Positions 11,364 to 22,270 of a stretch of 64,000 nucleotides of DNA are shown piece after piece; position 1 is the stretch's first letter; each line of letters begins with the position of its first letter. The stretch covers positions 352,001 to 416,000 of the forward strand of contig CAXXDN010000001.1 in the NCBI GenBank assembly GCA_963667465.2. Direction: 5' to 3'. The notes beneath the pieces were generated by a model. It made no database searches and was not told the origin of the DNA. It saw only the letters and a list, made by a program, of their open reading frames with translations. This DNA is from Dehalococcoidia bacterium (GTDB lineage Bacteria; Chloroflexota; Dehalococcoidia; UBA2979). The position numbers were made by a program, and so were the translations under genes.

Positions 11364-12199
11364 CTAGCGCGTCTTCGCGCGGCTGCGCCTCCGGCGCGGC
11401 GCCCGTGTCGAGCCCTCGATCACCTCGCGGTCGTCGCGATGGGGCCGGCGGATCTCGCGCGGGACGCGCTCCGCCTCCAGGCGCGAGAGCAGCGCCAGCG
11501 CCTTGCGCGTGTCCGAGGCGACACGCGCCGGCTCCGCCAGGCGGAAGCGGAACTTCGAGCACCAGTAGGTGAACGCCCGCAACTGCGACTGCATCGCGCG
11601 CTGCGGCAGCACGTCGCCCGTCTCCGCGCGGTACTCCACCTGCAGCTCCGCCAGCGTGCGCCCGTAGACCCGCTCGTAGGCCGCGACGTCGGGCGGGCTC
11701 CCGCGCGGACCCTCGAGGTTGCGCGCCTTCACCAGCTCCAGTTCCGCCTGCAGCAGCAGCACCTCCTCGACGGTCACCCCGTACTGGAAGTTGAGGTGCG
11801 CGCGGTGCTTCTCGTGGCCGATCGCGCGGGCGAACGCCTCCTCGCTGTCGTCGTACCCGCGCGGCGGCTTGCCATCGAACAGCAGCTGCTCCGCCTCGGC
11901 GGACGGGATCGCCTTGCCTGCGGCGTCGATCAGCCGCTCGGCGAGGCGCAGCCAGTCGAAGGCTTCCCCGGCAATCAGATAGCGGTAGCCGACGCCGTCG
12001 GCCTCTTCCTCCGGCGTCACCCAGCGCGCGATCACGTCGAGCAGTGCCGGGTACCACGGTTCGCCTCGTTCGAGCGCGTCGAGGAATGTGCGAACGCCAT
12101 CCTCAGCCTCCAGCGGCGGAGGAGGCTCCGAGCCGGCGGGGCCGGAGCCGTTGGCCCCGGCCTGCGCTCGCTCGCGCGTGGCGCTGCGGCGAGCGGGGC

Positions 12200-12203
<4 letters not shown>
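11364..12203 (-). CDS. Hypothetical protein coupled to secA
   Basis: 279 aa; start overlaps the secA stop (GTGA); conserved-looking motifs [44 protein letters not shown]. Confidence 0.75.
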
Positions 12204-14794
<2,591 letters not shown>

Positions 14795-14814
14795 GTTGCC
14801 TCCTCAGGGGCGGT

Positions 14815-15759
14815 TCAGCGGAACAGGTCGCTGACCGAGCCCCCGGTGTGGATGCGATGTATCGCGTCGCCGAAGAGGGGCGCGATCGAGAGTACCTTCG
14901 TCGGGGCGTGCTTGAACGCATCCTCGCCGAGCGGAAGGGTGTCCGTGAACACGATCTCGGAGATCTCGGGCGTGTCCAGCCGCTCGAAGGCCGCGCCCGC
15001 GAAGAGTTGGTGCACGCAGCCGACGTAGATCGAGCGCGCACGGTGCCGGCGCAGCAATTCGAGGGCGCTCGCGACGGTGCCACCGGTCAGGATCTCGTCG
15101 TCGATGATCACGGCGTCCGCGTCCGCGGCGTCTCCGATCAGCGTCAGCGCCTCGGCCTGCTCGTCATTGCCGGAGCGCCGCTTGTCGACAATCGCCAGGT
15201 CCGCGCCGAGCCGCTCGGCGACGTTGCGCGCGCCCTTCGCGCCGCCCACATCGGTGGCAACGACGACAGGGTTCGCGAGGTTGAGCGAGCGGAAGTACTC
15301 GGCGAGCAGCGGCTGCGCGTGGAGCTCGTCCACCGGGATGTTGAAGAAGCCCTGAATCTGCCCCGCGTGCAGGTCCATCGTCAGCAGCCGGTCCGCCCCC
15401 GCCACCTCGATGAAGTTGGCGATCAGGCGCGCGCTGATGGGCACGTGCGGCTGGTCCTTCTTGTCAGAGCGTCCGTAGGCGAAGTACGGGATGACTGCCG
15501 TGATGCGCCCGGCCGAGGCGCGCTTCGCGGCGTCGATCATGATCAGCAGCTCCATCAGCCGCGTGTTCACCGGCGAGCCGATCGGCTGGATCAGGTAGAC
15601 ATCGCGCTCGCGGATGTTCTGCAGGAAGCGCACGAAGATGTTCTCGTTCGAGAACTCGAACACCTCGCACTCACCGAGCGGCATCTCGAGGTGGCGACAG
15701 ACCGCCTCGGCGAACGAACGATGCGCGTTACCCGTGAAAACGGCCATCTCACGAAACAC
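14815..15759 (-). CDS. prs: Ribose-phosphate pyrophosphokinase
   Basis: PYFAYGRSDKK, MDLHAGQIQGFF, IIDDEILTGGT. Start is GTG 15759 or ATG 15747. Confidence 0.95.
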   Translation of the reverse strand: MFREMAVFTGNAHRSFAEAVCRHLEMPLGECEVFEFSNENIFVRFLQNIRERDVYLIQPIGSPVNTRLMELLIMIDAAKRASAGRITAVIPYFAYGRSDKKDQPHVPISARLIANFIEVAGADRLLTMDLHAGQIQGFFNIPVDELHAQPLLAEYFRSLNLANPVVVATDVGGAKGARNVAERLGADLAIVDKRRSGNDEQAEALTLIGDAADADAVIIDDEILTGGTVASALELLRRHRARSIYVGCVHQLFAGAAFERLDTPEISEIVFTDTLPLGEDAFKHAPTKVLSIAPLFGDAIHRIHTGGSVSDLFR

Positions 15760-15934
15760 GAACGCGCCACCGGCTCCTCGCACGCGCCTCGCTCCTGTCG
15801 CACGCTCCCGCAGACGCGGGCAAGCGGCCCGGGCGCGCCAAACACCGTGTGACGGAGGCTGGGCCGGGGCTTCCTCGATGGTACCATGACGCATCCGCAC
15901 GGCACGCGCCCAGGCCCCGGAGGTGCGCCCCGCC

Positions 15935-17107
15935 ATGGACTTCGCCCTCACCCCCGAGGAAGAGCGCTTCGGCGAGGATCTGCGCGCCGTCCTCGCCGAT
16001 CTGCTGCCCGCCGACTGGTCGCAACGCGGCCTGATCGAGCCCGCGGACTCGGCGGAGCGCGCCGCCCTCGCGGAGCGCGTCGCGCGCGCCCTCGGCGAGC
16101 GCCGCTGGCTGGCGCTGGCCTGGCCGCGCGAGTTCGGTGGCCTCGCTGCCTCCTACATGCAGCAGTACGTGCTCAACGCGGAACTCGCCTACCAGGACGC
16201 GCCCGGCGGAGGCGGCGTCGGCGTCTCCTCGGCCGGCCCGGCGATCATGCAGCACGGCAGCGAGGAGCAGCGGCGGCTCTACCTGCCGCGCATCGCCGCC
16301 GGCGAAGACCGCTGGTGCGCCCTCTACTCCGAGCCGGGGGCAGGCTCCGACCTCGCCTCGATCCAGACGCGCGCCGTGCGCGACGGCGACGAGTACGTGA
16401 TCAACGGCCTCAAGACCTGGGTCGCCGGCGCGGAGCACGCGAACATGGGCTGGCTCGCCGCCCGCACCGACCCGGGCGCCCCCAAGCACCGGGGCCTCTC
16501 CACCTTCGCCCTGCCGATGGACACGCCGGGCGTCGAGATCCGCCCGATCGAGAACCTCGCCGGCGAGCGCCAGCTCGCCGAGGTGCAGCTCCACGACGTG
16601 CGCATCCCGATCGAGCAGCGCGTCGGGCCCGAGCACCGCGGCTGGTACCACGTCGCCTCGACGCTCGACTTCGAGCGCTCCGGCGTGGCCGCCTTCGCGC
16701 GCGGCAAGCGGCACATCGAGGGCCTCGTGCATTTCGCGCACGAGCACACGAACGAGGACGAGCGCCGCGAGCAGGTGCGCTACGAACTGGCAGACCGCTG
16801 GATCGAGCTGGAGGTCGGCTTCAACGTCGCGCAGCGCATCCCCTGGATGCAGACGCAGGGCATCTCCCCGAACCACGAGGCGTCCGTCTCGAAGGTCTAC
16901 GGCTCGGAACTCACCCAGCGCATCGCCGGCACCGGCGTGCGCCTCTTCGGCCTCGCGGGCCTGATCGCCCCCGGCGGCGCCGACGCCCCGGCGGGCGGCG
17001 CCTTCGCTCGCCACTACCTGACGTCAACCGGCGCCACGATCGAGGCGGGCACCTCCGAGATCCAGCGCAACATCATCGCCCAGCGCGGGCTTGGGCTTCC
17101 GCGGTAG
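15935..17107 (+). CDS. Acyl-CoA dehydrogenase family protein
   Basis: YSEPGAGSDLAS, INGLKTW, TIEAGTSEIQRNIIA; GGAGG RBS. Confidence 0.95.
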   Translation: MDFALTPEEERFGEDLRAVLADLLPADWSQRGLIEPADSAERAALAERVARALGERRWLALAWPREFGGLAASYMQQYVLNAELAYQDAPGGGGVGVSSAGPAIMQHGSEEQRRLYLPRIAAGEDRWCALYSEPGAGSDLASIQTRAVRDGDEYVINGLKTWVAGAEHANMGWLAARTDPGAPKHRGLSTFALPMDTPGVEIRPIENLAGERQLAEVQLHDVRIPIEQRVGPEHRGWYHVASTLDFERSGVAAFARGKRHIEGLVHFAHEHTNEDERREQVRYELADRWIELEVGFNVAQRIPWMQTQGISPNHEASVSKVYGSELTQRIAGTGVRLFGLAGLIAPGGADAPAGGAFARHYLTSTGATIEAGTSEIQRNIIAQRGLGLPR

Positions 17108-17116
17108 GGAGTGAGG

Positions 17117-17447
17117 ATGAGGATCTACCTCGAAGTAGCCCCGGAGCACATCGAGAAGGGTGTGCCCAATGACGCCAACTCCTGCGCCGTTGCCCTCGCC
17201 CTTCGGGATGAGTTCGCGGGAGCGGGGTATGTCTCCGTCGAGACGTTGCGCGGGTTTTGACGACCCTTCCGACTCATGGTCGGAACTCTTTGTAACGCTT
17301 CCCATCGAGGACGCGGAGCCGGACGCGGCCGAGGAAATCGAACTGTCCGGCGGCATGGACGACGATGGATTGGCGTTCTCGCACGCCTTCGACGCGGGCG
17401 AGCCGGTGGCTCCCCTCACGTTCCTGGTGATCCTCCACCAGGGGTAG
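17117..17447 (+). pseudogene. Small hypothetical gene split by a +1 frameshift (pseudogene, sequencing error or programmed frameshift)
   Basis: ATG 17117: MRIYLEVAPEHIEKGVPNDANSCAVALAL...GF, TGA at 17258. The +1 frame continues DDPSD...HAFDAGEPVAPLTFLVILHQG to TAG 17447. Confidence 0.55.
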
Positions 17448-17586
17448 GAGCGACACCTCCACCGATCCGGCTACGCCGGCCCGCTTTCACCCCATGGCAT
17501 CCGTCTCCCAAACTCCCCGGGCACCCATCGCTCTGGCCCGCGCAGGGACGTCACACGCTCACCAACAGCACGGCCGATGCAGCCAG

Positions 17587-17605
17587 TGTGTATGATAGAT
17601 ACACA
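17587..17605 (+). promoter_or_regulatory. Palindromic operator overlapping the -10 of the vapBC operon
   Basis: TGTGTAT-GATAG-ATACACA containing TATGAT. Confidence 0.6.
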
Positions 17606-17623
17606 TCAGAAGGCGGGTGCGGG

Positions 17624-17899
17624 ATGGCGCGGGTACAGATCATCATCCCCGACGAGGATCGTGATCGCTTCTTCTCCCAGGCGAAACGCGAAGGCATGAC
17701 GCTGAGCGCATGGCTGCGCGCAGCCGCGAGCGAGCGCCTCGATTCCCAGCGGCAAGCGAATGCCCTCGGATCACCGGCAGAGCTCGAGGCATTCTTCCGC
17801 GAATGCAACGCCAAAGCCGGACCCGGCCGCGAGCCCGACTGGGATGAGCACCTCGCGACAATGCGCGAGTCGCGGCTCCGTGGGGCCGCCGACGCGTGA
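17624..17899 (+). CDS. VapB-like ribbon-helix-helix antitoxin
   Basis: MARVQIIIPDEDRDRF..AKREGMTLSAWLR; stop overlaps the PIN toxin start (GTGA). Confidence 0.8.
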   Translation: MARVQIIIPDEDRDRFFSQAKREGMTLSAWLRAAASERLDSQRQANALGSPAELEAFFRECNAKAGPGREPDWDEHLATMRESRLRGAADA

Positions 17900-18294
17900 T
17901 CTTTGTCGACACCAACGTCTTCGTGTACGCGGTCGGGCGCGCGCATCCGCACCGCGAACCGGCGCAGACGTTCTTTGTCGACGCCAGCCGCGATCGGGTG
18001 GCCCTCTACACCTCTGCTGAGGTCCTTCAGGAACTCATGCATGTCTACCTGCCGGTCGGGCGGTTTCGTGAACTCGACGAGGCTCTGGCGCTGGCATCGG
18101 GGCCGGTCGCAGAGATCTGGGCGCTGGAACCGGCAGACATCGACCTGGCTCGACAGCTGGCGAGGCTCCACCCCACACTCGCCGCCCGGGATCTCTGCCA
18201 CCTGGCGAGTTGCCGCAGGCGCGGCGTGAGCCAGATCCAGACCTTCGACGACGCCCTCGCCGAGGCGGTCGCCGCGCCCGGGGGCAGCGGCTGA
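17896..18294 (+). CDS. vapC: VapC PIN-domain toxin
   Basis: IFVDTNVF, SAEVLQE, ARDLCHLA, TFD acidic PIN residues. Confidence 0.9.
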   Translation: MIFVDTNVFVYAVGRAHPHREPAQTFFVDASRDRVALYTSAEVLQELMHVYLPVGRFRELDEALALASGPVAEIWALEPADIDLARQLARLHPTLAARDLCHLASCRRRGVSQIQTFDDALAEAVAAPGGSG

Positions 18295-18400
18295 CGCCTC
18301 CCCGCCATTGACAGCCCTCCCCCGATCCGGCAATCTGCCGACGAGTCCCGCACGCGCGTTCGCGTAACGACATAAGCAGATTGTCGGTACCCACGAGCCG

Positions 18401-21400
18401 ATGTTTACGCACCTCCATACACACTCCGAGTACTCACTGCTGGACGGGCTCAGCACCATCCCGGACCTCGTCGCACGCGCGAAGGCGCTCGGCCAGGACG
18501 CCCTTGCCATCACCGACCACGGCAATTTGCACGGTGCCCTCCAGTTCTACGAGGAGGCCCGCGCCAACGAGCTCAAGCCGATCATCGGCCTCGAGGGCTA
18601 CGTCGCGCCCGGCAGCCGCTTCGACCGCAGCGCCGCCTCGCGCACCCCCTTCCACCTCACCCTGCTCGCGCAGAACGAGACCGGCTACCGCAACCTGCTC
18701 AAGCTCTCCACCGCCTCACACCTGGAGGGCTTCTACTACCGCCCGCGCGTCGACCGTGAGCTGCTCGAACGGCATAACGAGGGCCTGATCGCGCTCTCCG
18801 CCTGCCCCTCCGGCGAGGTGATGACGGCGCTCCAGGAGGAGCGCGAGCCGGACGCTCGCGAGGCCCTCGGCTGGTACGCCGACGTCTTCAAGGGCCGCTA
18901 CTACGTCGAGCTGCAGGAGCACGGCCAGGAGCAGTTCAGCCGCCTCAACCCGCGGCTCGTCTCGCTCGCCCGCGACCTCGAGCTGCCGCTGGTGCTGACC
19001 AACGACTCGCACTACACCACGCCCGAGCAGGAGCACCCGCACGACGTGCTGCTCTGCATCGGCACCAACTCGACGATCCACGAGACCGATCGCATGAAGC
19101 TCGAGAGCGGCACCTTCTACCTCCGCTCCGAGGAGGAGATGCGCGCGCTCCTGCCCGAGCTGCCCGACGCCTGCGACGCCACCGCGCGCATCGCCGAGCA
19201 GGTCGACATCCAGCTCGACTTCGGGCGCACGCTGCTGCCCGACCCCGGAATCCCCGAGGGCATGACCGCCGACAGCTACCTGCGGCAGCTCTGCGAGGAA
19301 GGCCTTGAGCGACGCTACCGCGACCCCGGCGAGGACCAGCGGGAGCGGCTCCGCTACGAACTCGCAGTGATCGAAGAGACCGGGTTCGCGGAGTACATCC
19401 TGATCGTCCGGGACATCGCCCGCTTCGCCCGCGAGCAACGCATCCCGATGGGCGTGCGCGGCTCGGCGGCCGCCTCGATCGTCCTCTACTGCCTGGACGT
19501 CACCGACATCGAGCCGACGCAGTACCGCCTCGTCTTCGAGCGCTTCCTCAACCCCGAGCGGCGTGAGATGCCGGACGTGGACTTTGACTTCGCCGACGAC
19601 CGCCGCGAGGAGGTGATCCGCTACGCCGCCGAGCGCTACGGGCGCGACCGCGTCGCGCAGATCGTCACGTTCGGCACGCTCGGCGCAAAGGCCGCCATCC
19701 GCGACACGGGGCGCGCCCTCGGCATGTCCTACGGCGAGGTCGACCGCGTCGCCCGGCTCGTGCCGAACTCGCTCGGCATCACTCTCGACCAGGCACTCAG
19801 CGAGGTCGAGGACCTGCGCCGCGCAACCGAGGAGGACCAGGCCGTCGCCGAGCTGCTGGAGACCGCGCGCAGTCTCGAGGGCGTCGCGCGCCACGCGAGC
19901 ACGCACGCCGCCGGCATCGTGATCTCGCGCGAGCCGCTGGTCGACGTCGCGCCGCTGCAGCGCGCCACCTCCAGCCGCGACGACGACGAGCAACTGCTGC
20001 CGACCACGCAGTTCGACATGAACGACGTCGCGAAGATCGGCCTACTCAAGCTCGACTTCCTCGGCCTGGCGAACCTCACGATCCTCGGTCGCGCCGCCGA
20101 CCTGATCGGCGAGCAGCTCGACGAGCCGCTCGACCTCGAGTCGATCCCCGACGGGGACGAGGAGACGGCGCGGCTGCTGCGCGAGGGCCGCACGTTCGGC
20201 GTCTTCCAGCTGGAGGGCAGCGGGATGCGGCGCTGGGTGACGGAGCTGCAGCCGCGCGACATCCGCGAGCTGGCGGCGATGATCGCCCTCTACCGCCCCG
20301 GCCCGATGGAGCACATCCCGCGCTACATCGATGTCAAGCTCGGCCGCGCGGAGCCGCACTACCCGCACGAGGACCTCGCAAGCGTCCTCGACGAGACCTA
20401 CGGGGTGATCACCTACCAGGACCAGGTGCTGGAGATTGCGCGCACCTTCGCGGGCTACTCGCTGGGTCACGCCGACGTGATGCGCAAGGCGATGGGCAAG
20501 AAAATCCCGGAGGTGATGCTCGCCGAGCGCGACCGCTTCATCGAGGGGGCGCTCGCCAACGGCTACGACCAGCGCCTCGCGGAGCAGCTGTTCGACATGA
20601 TCGAGCCGTTCGCGGGCTACGCCTTCAACAAGGCGCACGCCTTCTCCTACGGGGTGATCGCCTACCGCACGGCCTGGCTGAAGGCGCACTACCCGGTGCA
20701 GTTCATGACCGCCGTGCTGATGGCCGCGGGCGCACATCCGACCGGCGCGCAGGACCGCATCGCGGCGGCGATCGCGGAGTGCCTGCGCCTCGGCATCTCG
20801 GTCTTGCCGCCCGACGTGAACCGCTCCGGCGTCAACTTCGCGATCGAGCGCCTCGGCGACCCCGCGACCAGCGAGGAGCCCGCGATCCGCTTCGGCATGG
20901 CGCAGATCAAGAACGTCGGCGCGGCCGCCGTCGAGGGCCTGGTCGCCGAGCGCGAGAAGGACGGCCCGTTCGCCTCGATCGAGGACTTCGCGCGGCGCGT
21001 CAACGCGCGGGACTGCAACCGCCGCGTGCTCGAATCGCTAGCCAAGGCCGGCGCGCTCGACTGCCTCGGCAGCGACGGGGTGGACCGCTCCGCGATCGTC
21101 TTCGGCGTGGACCGCATCCTCACCGTCGCGCAGGAGGCGCAGCGCCAGCGCGACACCGGCCAGACCTCGATGTTCGACCTGTTCGGGGACGAGGTGGACA
21201 CGCCGCTGCCGGCGCTGGAGCTCGATCCCGTCACGACCCCGCAACGCGAGTTGCTGGGCTGGGAGCGGGAGCTGCTCGGCGCCTACGTCTCGGCGCACCC
21301 GTTTCGGGAGGCGGCGCAACGCCTCGCCGAGTACATCACGCACCAGACGCCGGAACTGACCGCGGAGCTCGCCGGCCTCGAGGTAGTGGTGGCCGGCATG

Positions 21401-22210
21401 GTGACGGGCGTGCGGCGGCTGACGACGCGCCAGGGCAAGGCCTTCGCCGCCGTCACCGTCGAGGACCTGAGCGGCACCGCAGAGCTCACGGTCTGGCCCG
21501 ACTCCTACGAGCAGCACCAGGGCCTGCTGATGCACGGCAACGTACTGCTGGCGAAGGTGGAAGTCCGCGAGCGGGGCGACCGCCTCACGCTCGCCGTCGC
21601 CGCCCTCGCCTCGTACGACCAGGACGCCGGCAGACCGCTGAACTTCGACCTGTCGCAGTTCGTGCCGTCGCGAGGCCGGCGGCGGCAGCGCGGCGCGGAC
21701 CGGGCGGCTGCCAATGGCGCCAACGGGAACGGCGCGGCGCCCAGGCTCGAGGCCGTCCCGCCGATCCCCGAGGCAGCCGCGAACGGCAACGGAAACGGGC
21801 ACGGCAGCGCGGCCGCGGCCCTGCCGCCGGGCAACGGGATCCACAGCCGGGCAGCCGCGGCGAACGGCGGCCGGCGCAACGGCGCGACGGGCGGCCGGCG
21901 AGCGCGCCCCGCTCCGCCACCGGACGGGCCGGAGCGGCTCTGGATCCTGATCGAGGAAACGACGGACAGCGGCGCGGACCGCCGTCGCCTCGGGAGGATC
22001 GTGCAGCTGCTCGAGGCCCATCCCGGCGCGCAGCCGGTGGAGATCGAGCTCCAGGCGCAGGACGGCCGCAGCGAGCGCCTGCGCCTCCCTCCCGTCGCCG
22101 ACATCGGAGCGCTGCTCCCCGAGCTGAAGCCGCTGCTCGGCGTGCTCGGCAGCGCCGCGCACGCCGGCGAAGCACAGTCCGCTGCACTCTCAACCGCCAA
22201 GGCGATCTAG
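18401..22210 (+). CDS. dnaE: DNA polymerase III alpha subunit
   Basis: HLHTHSEYSLLDG PHP domain, PDVDFD, LLKLDFLGL, YAFNKAH, OB-fold; no intein seen. Confidence 0.98.
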   Translation: MFTHLHTHSEYSLLDGLSTIPDLVARAKALGQDALAITDHGNLHGALQFYEEARANELKPIIGLEGYVAPGSRFDRSAASRTPFHLTLLAQNETGYRNLLKLSTASHLEGFYYRPRVDRELLERHNEGLIALSACPSGEVMTALQEEREPDAREALGWYADVFKGRYYVELQEHGQEQFSRLNPRLVSLARDLELPLVLTNDSHYTTPEQEHPHDVLLCIGTNSTIHETDRMKLESGTFYLRSEEEMRALLPELPDACDATARIAEQVDIQLDFGRTLLPDPGIPEGMTADSYLRQLCEEGLERRYRDPGEDQRERLRYELAVIEETGFAEYILIVRDIARFAREQRIPMGVRGSAAASIVLYCLDVTDIEPTQYRLVFERFLNPERREMPDVDFDFADDRREEVIRYAAERYGRDRVAQIVTFGTLGAKAAIRDTGRALGMSYGEVDRVARLVPNSLGITLDQALSEVEDLRRATEEDQAVAELLETARSLEGVARHASTHAAGIVISREPLVDVAPLQRATSSRDDDEQLLPTTQFDMNDVAKIGLLKLDFLGLANLTILGRAADLIGEQLDEPLDLESIPDGDEETARLLREGRTFGVFQLEGSGMRRWVTELQPRDIRELAAMIALYRPGPMEHIPRYIDVKLGRAEPHYPHEDLASVLDETYGVITYQDQVLEIARTFAGYSLGHADVMRKAMGKKIPEVMLAERDRFIEGALANGYDQRLAEQLFDMIEPFAGYAFNKAHAFSYGVIAYRTAWLKAHYPVQFMTAVLMAAGAHPTGAQDRIAAAIAECLRLGISVLPPDVNRSGVNFAIERLGDPATSEEPAIRFGMAQIKNVGAAAVEGLVAEREKDGPFASIEDFARRVNARDCNRRVLESLAKAGALDCLGSDGVDRSAIVFGVDRILTVAQEAQRQRDTGQTSMFDLFGDEVDTPLPALELDPVTTPQRELLGWERELLGAYVSAHPFREAAQRLAEYITHQTPELTAELAGLEVVVAGMVTGVRRLTTRQGKAFAAVTVEDLSGTAELTVWPDSYEQHQGLLMHGNVLLAKVEVRERGDRLTLAVAALASYDQDAGRPLNFDLSQFVPSRGRRRQRGADRAAANGANGNGAAPRLEAVPPIPEAAANGNGNGHGSAAAALPPGNGIHSRAAAANGGRRNGATGGRRARPAPPPDGPERLWILIEETTDSGADRRRLGRIVQLLEAHPGAQPVEIELQAQDGRSERLRLPPVADIGALLPELKPLLGVLGSAAHAGEAQSAALSTAKAI

Positions 22211-22270
22211 CGCCCCTCTGGCTGTAACGCCCGCGCAGCGCTTGCGAAGATCGGGCGCTACTATCGGCCC

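Noticed and set aside
18401..22210. Intein in DnaE
   Set aside because: Length and motif continuity are normal; no splice-junction or LAGLIDADG motifs seen.
22200..22270. Fluoride riboswitch / CLC-F assignment
   Set aside because: The GGCGAT start lacks the rest of the crcB consensus, and the protein lacks the GNNLI/GREGT signatures.
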